Positions 51,971 to 64,000 of a stretch of DNA of 64,000 bases are shown in pieces (position 1 is the first letter of the stretch; every line of letters begins with the position of its first letter). Both the position numbers and the translations under genes were made by a program. The DNA is from Oopsacas minuta (taxonomy: Eukaryota > Animalia > Porifera): NCBI GenBank assembly GCA_024704765.1, contig JAKMXF010000016.1, positions 1 through 64,000 of the forward strand. The letters are read 5' to 3'. Below the pieces are notes generated by a model that was not told the origin of the DNA, did no database searches, and worked only from the letters and a program-made list of their open reading frames with translations.

Positions 51971-53408
51971 ATGGCAGAGAAGATAACAGACTCAGAAGGG
52001 AGAGAGGACCTGGTCTACATAAAGACAGAGAATGGTAGCTACAGAGGCTGGAGGGTTGATTTATTGGTAGAGAACTTATCAAGCAAAATGGAACTGAAAC
52101 TATTATTATGTAGCTCCTGTAAAGGAATGTTAAGAGATGCTTGTCTCTATGAAGAAGAATTGAGGTGTGGTGTCTGCATTCCTGAGGGTGTAGCATGGCA
52201 ACCAGTAAAGATGAACCGTGAAATTGTCTCCGATAAAATGGTAGTTTATTTGTTGTTATTTACAAATGTTTGTTTGTGTCTACAGATGAGTTATTTATTT
52301 GTAGATTAGTTGTCCCCTAAAGAAGAGAGGGTGTGAATGGAGTGACACAGTGACTTCAGCAATACACCACCTGGAAGAATGTGAGTTCTTTCCTGTACTG
52401 TGTCCTCTGGGTTGTGTCTGTCTAGATGGAGAGAGGAAGGGGAAAGTTCTGAAACTAGAGAAGAGACTGGTTCCAGAACACCAGAGAGACTCGTGTCCCT
52501 TAAGAGAACTTGTGTGTGAATTCTGTATGAATAAAGTGAAGGCTTGTGAGATGAATCCTCATTTGGAGGACTGTGGGCATTTTCCAGTTCCTTGTCCTAA
52601 TGGATGTGTGAAAGAAGGAGAGGAAGTGACCAAACAAATGAAGAGGAGAGATGTTCCTGTCCATCTAGCTGACCTGTGTCCTCTACAGAAAGTAGAGTGT
52701 CCTTATTGGATCTATGGATGTAGAGAGGAGATGGAGAGGAAAGAGATGGATCTTCATGAAAGAGAATTCATGCACATTCACTTCAGATTATCCATGACTG
52801 ATATGAAACAGAAACAAATTCAAACATCTCAAGAATTGGATAGAGCAACTGAGAGAATAATATTCTTAGAAAATGAAAGTAAAACAAAAGAGCTATCAAA
52901 AGTTAATTCAGAACTGAAATCAATTATAGAAGTACTCTCTTCTTATACACCTCTGCCTTTATCTACAGGACAATTGGAATGGAAGATTAAAGGTGTTAAA
53001 CAGAAGATAGAAAACAAAGAGTATACTTACAGTGATCCATTCTATGTAGGTTTATATAAGTGTCAGGGCTGTATTGAATGGAATTGGTTAAATTTAGGTA
53101 GAGCATATGTTTACATTTGCATTATGAAAGGAGGTTATGATGATAAACTACACTGGCCTATCAGATACAAATATACGTTTATTCTACTCAATCACATTAA
53201 CAGTAATAATAATTATGAAATCACTAAGCAAGTAACTAAGGAAGATTTGGAGAATTTTGCTGATCGCTTCAAGAGACCTACTCAGCTGAGAAATGAAGGT
53301 TTAGGAACTTATTCATTCATTTCAAACACTGAAATATTAGAAGCTAAATATTGTAAAGAAGACAGCATAACTCTTCTAATTAAAATAGAATTGTTACCAT
53401 CATTATAA
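51971..53408 (+). CDS. TRAF-like protein (degenerate RING, TRAF zinc fingers, coiled coil, MATH domain)
   Basis: Exon 1 51971-52240, intron 52241-52304, exon 2 52305-53408 in frame. HLEECEFFPVLCPLGC, CPLQKVECPY, LEWKI..YSDPFYV, GGYDDKLHWPI. Confidence 0.88.
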
Positions 53409-56031
53409 CTTTATTTGTATTTTTGTTTACTCCTTACTCATACTGTATTTTCCTGAACATTAGTATATTGATTATTTCCATTATTCATAACTAACACAGA
53501 TTATTTCTTTTCTAAATATTCTATAGTCTATTAAATACTTTCAACAGTTTTCTTAATTTGTAACTTTGAAGCTCCGTTTTGGCCCGATTAACCTGTGTGT
53601 CTATTTCATTTTTGCTGTATAACATTTCTGTATTCATCACTTCTACTCCTATTGATATCATTATATCCCAATTTGTTTCTACAATACTTGTCTCCTGTCA
53701 CTAACTTAATAATCAACAACGGAATAATTAACAAACAAGTAAACAGCATTGTCATACTCATATCTCAATGGAATGAAACCATCTTTGAAGTGGCCAGCTG
53801 GCGAGTATTTCTCATAACAGCTATTTAGTCATATTTCTGCCACAATTCTTGTAATTTCATTTTCCACAAAAAACTCCCGCCCGAACAGAGATTAATTCAC
53901 GCCTTTTTCTCCTGAATTAGAAATCCAGAAAACGGACGATGCGATTAAACAGAGCGTATAAAATATGCCATATAAGGGCCTTGGTTATGAGAATGAATGT
54001 GCTTAAGGAATGTGAGAACCACGCGAGTATTAGGTGAGTGGGATTTGCTAATTTCTCACATTGTATAGCTAGAACATTTTCGTTATTTATCCTCAGGACA
54101 TCTAGGGGGCCTCTCTGTCTGGTTGATGCTTGTCAATACCTACAATTATTTCCATTCCTGAGTCAATCCGGGGCCTGTCTCTCTGTCGCGTCCTTCTCAA
54201 TCATTAGGTTAGGTATACCGGCGGTTACAGCTGCTGCCATCCCTCCGTTCCATCGAATCGAGTGATTATCTCCATCGCTCGGTCGCACAATTGGTCTGTT
54301 AGTGTCACCATGAAATATCATGAACCCAGGGGTCTGCTACCCATCCTATTCCTGTCTCCTGCTGGAGGACAATCTGAAACTAATTGCAATTATTTCCTTA
54401 AAAGGAATTTTCCAGAGAGAATGTGTATCGAGAATTATGTCAGAGCTAGGTGGTGGAATGTGGCGTCTGTTTGTGTCCCGCCTCTTCTGATGCAAATGGT
54501 TACTCTCCACCCAGTCAGGATTGTTAAGAAAGGAAATACTTTAATTTGTAAGTAACCTAACACTTCTCATAGTTCTTATAGAGATAGCCTTGCTAGGATA
54601 CCAGATAGCTCACAAGGAATTTGGCCTTCCCAGTGAATGGCACAAGAATTCCTTTCTTAAAAATACAAGAGAGTCTATTTTCTTATAAATATTCTAATCA
54701 TAAAATAATCTCAGCGCCACATGCATTACAACCATCTAAGAGACACTTAATCTCATTATCCTATTGGCTAACAGATTCAGCTCAGGATCTAATTTATTTT
54801 GACCTTCAATTCTGATTTATTTGTTACTAGGTGGCAGATTAGTTGCTATGGTAACGTGATTCCCATGACCTTGTTAACACCTCAGGAAGTATATCCATTT
54901 AACATATTTGTGTATATTTTCACACCTTTTGTTGTATACTTAATATGAGCCTTTGTCTCGTCGCTTCGCGATGAGCTACCCGCATTGCGCCTCGAGGGAG
55001 CCATTATTCTCCTAATGGACAGCACCTTTGAGTATTATAATATAAATATTTAGAACAATTGAATTCACAAATATACATAAATGGGGAATGCTGAATCTGT
55101 CCTACGATTATTCTAAGTTCGGAATCTTTCCTACGGTAAATTAGATTCCATTGAAATGTCTATATTGTGAGTTGTGATGGATCGTTGGATTTTTTTGTTT
55201 TAGAAAGATTGTGTAGATTTTTTAGAAATTAAAGAAATTAAAGGAAGCATTGGCGTTAAAAAGAAGATATTTATAGAAATTAAGAGATAATTATAGGAAA
55301 AATGATGTGATAGCACTTTGTATATTATTAATTTTATACGGATAGGATTGGGAGGGGATTAGGGATTTAGTTCACTACCTTATGGGTTTGGGAGTTTTCA
55401 TTTGTGTTCGTTATAAAGCTACCTAGGGACAGGAATGTGGACATTATACTAATCATTAAGTATTTTATCTATTATATTATTAGGAAAATTAGGACAGATT
55501 CTGGTAATATAGTTGTACAGAATCAGGCGACTCCAAACAAACATACATACAAACAGACGAAGGGATTCCTGACCTGTCTGCTGGTTGCTAGGTAATAATA
55601 TACAACTTAAATGTTACGATAATTACAATCTAGTAATTAGCTAATTGGTTCGATAATCTTACCACGACGTAGCAACGTAGCTCAGCATTAGGAATGTTCA
55701 ATTTCAATCGTGATACTTTTCAGGAAATTTATGTCATAATAGCCACATATTATTGTACACATGGAATTTTAGGAATAGTGTCATGTTATTTCCAAATATG
55801 CAATGATTTGGTGAACAAACCACTTTTGACACTCAGTAGACTTTAAATGAATACAACTTAACGGCTACAAGGTGTGAATTAATGATGGGGATCATTCGCC
55901 ATATTTGATTTCTTATTTCTAGTCAAATAGAGAGACACATTTCAAGAATATTTCTCCTTTAAATAGGAGGGACTAATAACTAGCAGTACTTCGTATCTTT
56001 TCTGTCATTCAACTACGAGCAACCTACTACT

Positions 56032-56400
56032 TCAGTGATACCATTTGCATACTTTTGTCGGTCTGGGCCCTCTGGAGCTTTGGTAGAGTACATGAAAATA
56101 TTTTCTGCATGCCAAACACGCATACACGTTGTTATTGGTGAGAGAAATTGAACTTAAAATTTCAAAATCTAAATCTAAAACAGCTCTGTCGATTGTGTCG
56201 AGGTAAAGACACCTAATCGTGTCACTTGATGTGTTTGGTTCCAGCTTGTCATTAGTTTCAGTTCCGGAATGGGGGTGGGCTCGTTTAGAGCTTGGCTCAT
56301 CGCTTTCAGAGGGTTCAGCGCCACTATTCGAGCCACTTTTCGTGATGTTTATGGCAATTGTGTCTTCATTTATGGCAGTAGTGGGAAACCTAGTTCCTAG
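56032..56400 (-). pseudogene. USP39: USP39/Sad1 N-terminal UBP-type zinc finger fragment
   Basis: RCLYLDTIDRAVLDLDFEILSSISLTNNNVYACLACRKYF matches the USP39 motif PYLDTINRSVLDFDFEKLCSISLSHINAYACLVCGKYF as recalled; similarity ends there. Confidence 0.75.
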
Positions 56401-56565
56401 AGTGTCACGTTTAGATATAATAATGCTGGAATTTGATTGGTTACAATTGAGTAATTGAAAATGTAAATTGTAACTAATTAAGCATCCACTATGCCACAAT
56501 TCTCCAAATTTCCATTTAGTATATTTCATATTGTATAATTTATTTACTGATATCATAAAGATATA

Positions 56566-57825
56566 TTATAAACATGAAAATATTCGTAAACAATAATCAC
56601 TATGCAAATACACAAGTACTAAATTTAGATCTTTCGTTAGAACTAATCCTTGCCCTAATCCTAGCGGGTAGGTTAACCTTTCATCTTGTCTTCCTATTTC
56701 TATAGTATGAATGAGAGTTCCTTCTTTATTGAATATCTTCACTTTACCAAACATGTAATCACTGATAATTATATTCTTTGCTGAGTCTATACAGAAGAAA
56801 TGGGAATCACAAACATCCCTCTGTCTACCCATAGACACCAGAGAACGGAGTCTCTCTCCCGCGTGAGATAGCACCAGTATACAGGGATTGTCAACACAGA
56901 GCACGTAGACCTCATCAGCTGTCAGTTTGATGTCACGGGGGTACTTAATTGGCTGTTCAGTGAGGTTTCGTATGGATTGTAGAGAGCTGTTGAGGATCTG
57001 GATTCTGTGGTTACAGTAATCTGTCACGTATACGTCTCCGTTAGTAGAGACAGCGAGGTTATGAGGATCGTTAAACTGTCCTATCTGAGATCCTCTAGTC
57101 CCTAGCTCAGCGATCAGAGGGTAGCTAGTCTCTATTTTGAAGAGGAACACTGCATGTACTCGTGTATCTGTGACGTATACATTATCCACATGTATAGCTA
57201 TACCGTATGGATGGTGCATATCCATGTGGTTAAAGCTGTCTAGGTAGTCTCCTCCATCTGTAAAGATGGAAATACGTGCTTGTGGGCCGGATAAGCTTGG
57301 TACCCCCTCTGTAACAAAAATCCTGTTGGTATTGTAGTCAATAACTACAGCTCGAGGATCATTCAACTCTCCATGAGCTGTCCCTCTCTTCACAACAGCT
57401 ACTACCTCTCTCATAGCTTGGTAATTGTGTATGATTGGTACCTCCTCCTCTAGAACCTCTCCCAGTTCTGCAATCAACTGCTCTAGGTGTTCGGATTGGT
57501 TCCTGAATACAATATGGGTCTCAGGCTGGTGTGCATTAACCTCTGCTAATTTTAGCTCTATATCAGCTAGAATTCTCTCCTGCAGCTCTTGGAGTTCATT
57601 AATTTGGAGACGACGCTCCGTATCGGCCTTTATCCCGACCAGTTCCTCAAACTTTTTAATTCGGGCTGATCTCCTCGCTGCCTTTTCGTCACGTAGTTCG
57701 TGGTACCTGTTTAGGAGAGCTGCCCGTCTCTGGTTGAGGCGATAAACAATCCGATCGACTAGGTCATTGATTTTTGTCTCGATAGGGTCTACGGGAGCAA
57801 TTACTGGGGCGTTATAATGTGCTAT
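56566..57825 (-). CDS. Coiled-coil + NHL-repeat protein
   Basis: The frame is open for 116 codons upstream of the tracked ORF (APVDPIETKINDLVDRIV...), with NHL blades GELNDPRAV, HHPYGIAIH, QFNDPHNLAV, IKYPRDIKL. No ATG: either ATA at 57823-57825 or a splice acceptor. Confidence 0.75.
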   Translation of the reverse strand: MAHYNAPVIAPVDPIETKINDLVDRIVYRLNQRRAALLNRYHELRDEKAARRSARIKKFEELVGIKADTERRLQINELQELQERILADIELKLAEVNAHQPETHIVFRNQSEHLEQLIAELGEVLEEEVPIIHNYQAMREVVAVVKRGTAHGELNDPRAVVIDYNTNRIFVTEGVPSLSGPQARISIFTDGGDYLDSFNHMDMHHPYGIAIHVDNVYVTDTRVHAVFLFKIETSYPLIAELGTRGSQIGQFNDPHNLAVSTNGDVYVTDYCNHRIQILNSSLQSIRNLTEQPIKYPRDIKLTADEVYVLCVDNPCILVLSHAGERLRSLVSMGRQRDVCDSHFFCIDSAKNIIISDYMFGKVKIFNKEGTLIHTIEIGRQDERLTYPLGLGQGLVLTKDLNLVLVYLHSDYCLRIFSCL

Positions 57826-58099
57826 TTGTTGTTATTTATTTCTAAAAGTATGAAAAAAGAAAAACAGTTAGTGAGTTATTATAAACAAATATTCTGGTGT
57901 CTTATATTAGCAGAGCTGTCTTATAACTACAGACAACTTCTGTTATATCTAAGCTAAAGGGACCACTTAGATATAACCGATGGAATATATGTTACATTGA
58001 CGGTTTTGTACCATATTTGTACATTTTCACACTTCGATATAAGCGGGGAGGGAGCACTAGCTGGCGGTATGGCGGCGGACGCGAAGTATGTAATAATAC

Positions 58100-58290
58100 T
58101 CCGGTTAAGCGTGTTCAAGACTAAAGTAATACTAAGTAAATAGTAAATAGTAAATAGAAATAACAACAAATTAGACAAACATTCTAATAGTATAACTGCT
58201 CCTATTTATAGCTAACCTAAACCTACTAACAAACATTACTAAAGACACCTTGTGAGGTATACTAATTAGCTCATAACAAGCCTCCCTACA
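58100..58290 (-). repeat. Uninterrupted copy of the sequence into which the RAG1L element inserted
   Basis: The reverse complement matches 48500-48574 joined to 51557-51655, with a single CTATA (58207-58211). Confidence 0.9.
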
Positions 58291-58586
58291 TCCACCACTG
58301 GATTAGCGGGTATTTCAATATCAGTTAATCATATTTTCACACCTTTTTAACTATAGCAAAATGAATGATATGGAGAATATCAGAATAGTTGCTCAATTCC
58401 TCTACGAGCACAATAATATAACCAACTTAAAGCCATTTTAAAATGAAAGTGGCACTGAATTTGTGGCAGAAAGTATAGCCCACAAAACGGGAGAATTGGA
58501 CCTAATTTTGGACGAGCATTGCCTCCAAAAAATCAAATATAATCATCTTTGACCCTATTTGATCGATTCCCCAAAGGTGACAAGCT

Positions 58587-59072
58587 GTGACACATTCCAC
58601 CATCTCGTATTTGTGGCGCATCGAAGATATGACGTGTGGTAAGAATGTAATTGTATCGTGTTTTAAGACAAGATGGCACACTTTTGTGACAGCCTCAGAT
58701 GCTCTCTTATATAAAGTAAATTTAGGCGGGGAAATAGATAAAGTAGCAGCCGACATTTTAGCCACAATTGATAAAGAAATGCCACTAAATGAGCCACTTG
58801 CTAAGTCATTAACACCTATACCAACCACTTACAATATAGACAAAGGCACCATTTTAAGTATAGATATGCATTCATGCCACCGAGACATAATTGTGTCGAG
58901 TTCAATGGATAGAAGTGTCGCGATTTGTGACACATCGCTTTACCCAGAAGACACAGATCTGATCAAACAAAATTCAGAGATGAAATATGTGGTAGGTCGG
59001 AACTTAATGTGTACCTTGGTTCTATATACCACTTACGACACAATTTCAAAAAAGTTTCCAAGCGACACATAA
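58587..59072 (+). pseudogene. Possible WD40-repeat fragment
   Basis: ILSIDMHSCHRDIIVSSSMDRSVAICD resembles one WD40 repeat; the rest is unconvincing. Confidence 0.3.
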
Positions 59073-59419
59073 AGGCGCCATCGAGGGTATAGCATTTGCC
59101 CGCCCCAAAAAGATTTGCTGGCTACTTGCTGTCGCATCGCTTCTTTGTACCATTGCATAATTGTTTCGATTATATCAAAGGAATCGCATTGGGGAAGAAT
59201 TCTTGCTTCCATTCTAAGATATCTTTTGGTTTTTGGCTCAATATTTTATGAATTTCGCAATGCAGCTCTGAAAGATATGTTTCTGATTGAATACTACAAA
59301 TTATCGATGGTTTCATTGGGTTTAATTGTCAATTATCTTTTCTTCAATGTTTGGAATTCTTACCACTTCCTCTACATTTAAGAGTTGTGATTTAGGTGTA
59401 AAGTCGTCCGTTCCAAAAT

Positions 59420-59765
59420 TATATAATCACTATGCTTTTCCTATAATAAACTTTTCCTGAAGTTCTGCCATCAATTTTTGTTGGTGAATTATTTTCCATT
59501 ATCTGGTATTATCTGAGTAGGTAAACCTTTGCTACAATATACAGAGAAAACACCCCTCGCAACTTCAGTAGCTTCTTTGTTTCTTTATTTTCTCGTTTCA
59601 ACCAATTTTGTGAAATGATCCACCATCCTAAGAATGTATTGGTGTCCATTTGACATGATCAAAGGTCCAGTCAGATCTATCCTTACACGATACCACGGCA
59701 TAGCAATTACAGGTAGGGGCTTAATTGGGCGTTTGAGTGAATAAGTATTGAGACTGCACCGTTCA
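59420..59765 (-). mobile_element. Gypsy/Ginger-type integrase core remnant
   Basis: PIKPLPVIAMPWYRV.IDLTGPL...YIL.MVDHFTK...GLPTQIIPDNG (rve D..D motifs) with stops. Confidence 0.75.
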
Positions 59766-61270
59766 CAATTTATTCAATGTATTTATGATTAAAAGGCCGT
59801 ATAAAGTTTGTTATTCAATTAGTGCTCCGTATTGTAGGAGGACTATTGGTACCAAAATGTATTATAATCTGGTACAAATGGTCCCCCTTAGTTAATGTAT
59901 ACGATTTTAAGCGAAAGGTAAGGGAAAACCAAATAAATAGAAATGAAGCCATATTGAATTGTTATTAACAAGGGCTTCGGAATTAAGAGGAGACCATTTA
60001 CCAGAACAATACCACTCTATAATTGCTCAGTACGAATTAACAAATCTATTTCATATTGAGAGGGAAGTGTTATAGTTAATAATGGAAAATTGGGAGGGAA
60101 TCCGCATTTCCCATAACCCTGTATGAAACCCTGTCAGTGGAATGAATTGAGACGATATTCAGAATCGATTTCTGTAAATTTCTAACTTATTCTGTGTGAA
60201 CTTAATCTATAATACTTTAGTGTACCATTCCCCGCCAAGGATAATAGCCAATATGAATATTTTAAAATTTTGAATATTATCAATAAGCAGTTTAGTATTA
60301 GAATGCGATTCTTTAGAATATGAATTAGTTTGACCAAGAAATCGGTTCGTATATAGTCTCAATCCATTCCACTGACAAAGATGAGTGTTTTGAAACTTTA
60401 AACATAAGGTGATCATTTTCCAACCAAAATGATGTCAGCGACGCTGTGAAAAGGGACCCAAGTTCCTAACCTGTATGACGCCCCTGAGAAGTGGAGTATT
60501 TCCACATTGGGTGCAGAGTCTTGCATATACACTCCACTCTGGAGGTAATACTGTATACGCTATGCCTATTTTATTATCTCTATTCTCCCAATAACTATTA
60601 GCCACAAATGACGTCATACAAAGAGACATTTCTTATCCTAATCTTGTTCCTACTTGTTATATGTCTAGGAATAGGCTATTTTGATAAAGTACATAAATGT
60701 AATGAATTGGGGGAAATAACTTCAATGGAGAAAGTTCTGATAGTTGATGGATTGGAAATTGAAAGTAATATCAGCAAAGAGGAATTATCCATGAAATTAT
60801 GTGAAGAAGAGATACAGGAAAAACGTAATTACATTGATAAATGCATTAGCAATAATGAATTACAGAAAAAGAATATCCCTGAACTAACAGATAAAGAAGA
60901 ACATAGAGAAAGTCCTGAGGATACACCTTTGATACAATTGATCGATGGTAAGTTGATAGCAGAGTCCTGTCATTAATGCAGACTGACCTGCTCAGACCGG
61001 AGCAGAATTTTCCAGGACAGGTTAATCGCAAACGATTTCAACTTTCATATTTATTCTGCTATAATAAGTGGATGAAGAGACACTTTATATAATTCACAAT
61101 TTATTCAAATGGTTTCACATTATTTAGTAATTTCCCGGATATACAATGGATAATTCAATCCTGGTTACTGAAATACGAATATCTTTTATTAATTCTCAAT
61201 TGTTTGTTTGTTTGTCCGTTGTCAAGGAAAGGATTTATAGGTATGCAATTTTGAAATTATCGCATAATTA

Positions 61271-61784
61271 CACTCCCTGGCCAATAGTATTGGAACACTC
61301 TACCACAATTGACACAAGGCACAAAATATGTATCTACTTCAGTTGCATAGGGTGAAGATAATTTAAAACATCTATGAACTTATTTCAATCATTACTTTTA
61401 TCATTACAATCGCCTTTTTCTGATATATTTTCGGACTATTCAATACGTATATTCTCGCAATGTGCTACATACCACATGTGTCATTAATGCTATGGTGCAG
61501 GGCCGTAGCCAGAGCGTAGTGATAAGAGGGGCTTGTATACTTAAGATTTTTATATCTATTTTTTGGGGTAGGCCCATACCCAAACTCTCAAGCTACTTTG
61601 GGGGAAGGTAAAATTATGTATAGTCAATTTGACATATTCACAAAGATTTCCTTGGTTTAACTAATATTTAAGATCTAAGATAGTAAAGATCAATATAGCT
61701 TAGCAAAAATTTACGGGGTGGTTAAATTTGCTAGGGGGGGGCTCAGCCCTGCTATGGTGTTCCAATACTTTTGGCCAGGGAGTG
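61271..61784. mobile_element. Tc1/mariner MITE
   Basis: TA-cactccctggccaatagtattggaacac and gtgttccaatacttttggccagggagtg-TA; 28-bp TIR with 1 mismatch. Confidence 0.88.
61498..61751. mobile_element. hAT-type MITE nested in the Tc1 MITE
   Basis: Ends cagggc / gccctg; perfect 8-bp TSD ctatggtg (61490-61497 and 61752-61759). Confidence 0.8.
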
Positions 61785-62444
61785 TATGTATTTATCGTGT
61801 TTATCAAGGAAGTAAATAGAATTCAATAAAACTTCACTAAATATATCGAACATACTGAATCCAATTTTCACACTTTTGGATTAATCATACGTGAAGTTAT
61901 TGTTGTTTTTATTAATATAAAGTAAACAAATTAGCCAAATCTCAAAATATACATACAGGCTCTGTCAACCTTGTAATAACCACCACCGGGAATATTCCTC
62001 CTGGGACGTTGGATTAAATTGGTTTTGGTATATTTTCCAGGGCTGTCTTAACTCCACATTCCTCCCCTGTGAATATGTACCCAAAAATTAATTAAGCTAT
62101 TCACTTATAATTCTATTTCAAATAGGTTTACAGCAAATACTAAAGTTTGGACAAGTAAAGTTGGATGAATGCTATCAGGAAAGGTAATTTACATAAATTA
62201 CAATATTCTACTCATTTCTAATGTTATATACCTACAATAGAATCTCAGTAATCTGGATAATAAGAACAAATATTTACACAAAATACGGTCCTTGTAGGGC
62301 GTTCCCAGGATTGGGCATACCAGGGACCAACCCGGCCTGAAATTTCGAATCCGGACAAATCCCCCGTTTGCCTTCCTCCCCTTGAGACCGTCACTGGTCC
62401 CTACAATTGTTTTTCAATTGATATTGCATGTTACAATATACTGT

Positions 62445-63060
62445 ATACTCTACACAATATACTGTATACTCTTCACAATATACTGTATACTCGACACAAT
62501 ATACTGTATACTCTACACAATAGACTCTATACTCTACACAATATACTCTATACTCTACACAATATACTCTATACTCGACACAATATACTGTATACTCTAC
62601 ACAATAGACTCTATACTCTACACAATATACTGTATACTCTACACAATATACTGTATACTCTACACAATATACTGTATACTCGACACAATATACTGTATAC
62701 TCTACACAATATACTGTATACTCTACACAATATACTGTATACTCTACACAATATACTGTATACTCGACACAATATACTGTCTCTTATACACATCTACACA
62801 ATATACTGTATACTCTACACAATATACTGTATACTCTACACAATATACTGTATACTCGACACAATATACTGTATACTCTACACAATATACTGTATACTCT
62901 ACACAATATACTGTATACTCTACACAATATACTGTATACTCGACACAATATACTGTATACTCTACACAATATACTGTATACTCTACACAATATACTGTAT
63001 ACTCTACACAATATACTCTGTACTCTACACAATATACTCTGTACTCTACACAATATAGTG
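62445..63060. repeat. 21-bp minisatellite tacacaatatactgtatactc, about 29 copies
   Basis: Direct reading; it generates the spurious ILYTIYC/STQYTVY ORFs. Confidence 0.95.
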
Positions 63061-64000
63061 GTTACACGCGCTAATTATTGCATAATAATTAATTAACAAA
63101 CATAGCTACATGTTGTTGTAATTGGAATTTGAAAAATTTGCGGAATTGGAACTATTGAGCAATTTTTGCCATTGAATTATCCTGCTTCAAACCCTCTAAT
63201 CTGATAGGTCAATACATTTTGAGGCCAATCTCAGAGCGTTTTTGAGATATCGCTTAGATCTTAGATTTGTTCCCAGATTTATCATACTACCAAATTACAA
63301 GTCTCTAGCTCTTACCAGTTCTTTAATTAATTCCTAACAAAAACAGTTTTACTTATGACTCTATTATCGTTAAGTTATATCCGGTCAGAACAGTCCCCTG
63401 TAACTGGAAAATTTGTCCTATCGGGGCTGGATTCGGTTAGCCAGTTAACCGATGCTATCTCCAGTTCACTGCTAGGGAAATATACCTGCTTAACCGAATA
63501 GTGTCATTTCTACCAATTTATTCTGTGTTCTGCTAGTTATGTATTTATGAGATGTCACATTTTAGTTAGTTATTCTCGAAATTCTATCATTTTGTAAGAT
63601 ACAATCGTACATGAATGCATATATAATAGCTATGTATTGATATCTTCAATTTGTGTAACAAAACTTCATTGATTGTATTTAATTCTGATTGCATTGGTTA
63701 ACCAACTCATCCCTGGTCCTATAAACCATTTTCCATTGAATTTTGGTGTAAATTGGTCCAGGAAGTTTCTCGTATTAGTGTCCAGGCTTCCAGGAGAGTG
63801 TTTGTTCGTATGCCAGACTACCTTCTGATTGTTTGATAGCTAGTTCAGGTCTTGGTCTGGATATCCCTTTAAAATTGCATATCAAACAACTTGACGAATG
63901 TCCGTTTATCATATATTGTATGTTCAATAGAATTACACTAAAGAGCACGTATAAAGATTGTTATCATAAAGATACAGTGAGTCGTGAAGACACGAGTATA

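Noticed and set aside
52345-52352. CACAGTG in the TRAF exon (and CACTGTG near 28282)
   Set aside because: Isolated 7-mers are expected by chance; there is no adjacent TIR sequence or 9-mer.
54038-54815. Cluster of short ORFs in a locally GC-richer patch
   Set aside because: Probably a decayed TE fragment; no diagnostic motif found on either strand.
60608-60976. 122-aa ORF with N-terminal hydrophobic segment
   Set aside because: It has coding-like composition and may be a gene relic, but I recognise no family and cannot define its boundaries.
62382-63074. 230-aa ORF and antisense RVYSILC-repeat ORFs
   Set aside because: These are translations of the 21-bp minisatellite.

Overview
AT-rich eukaryotic (animal) genomic DNA with short GT-AG introns. 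The expanded NHL-repeat and TRAF families, C-type lectin/Ig receptors and dense MITEs resemble a sponge such as a hexactinellid (inference only). Main content: (1) an apparently intact 28-exon minus-strand receptor gene (19495->2894, about 2747 aa): signal peptide, four C-type lectin (CTL) domains interleaved with Ig-like domains, six repeats of a three-domain Ig-like module, FN3, TM and a short tail; every internal exon is a symmetric phase-1 cassette. (2) A plus-strand pseudogenised paralogue ending in a Tyr-rich segment and a degenerate PTP domain (39964-45003), plus further decayed paralogue exons. (3) A complete 2977-bp RAG1-like (Transib/RAG1L) transposon (48575-51551) with perfect CACAGTG heptamer ends, a 5-bp TSD, a shared 9-mer at 10 vs 20 bp from the heptamers, and a paralogous empty site in the same window. 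(4) Caspase, TRAF-like, NHL-repeat, KCMF1 and MRPS21 genes, IQGAP and USP39 fragments, many transposon remnants and two minisatellites. All comparisons were made by eye; no database searches were run.
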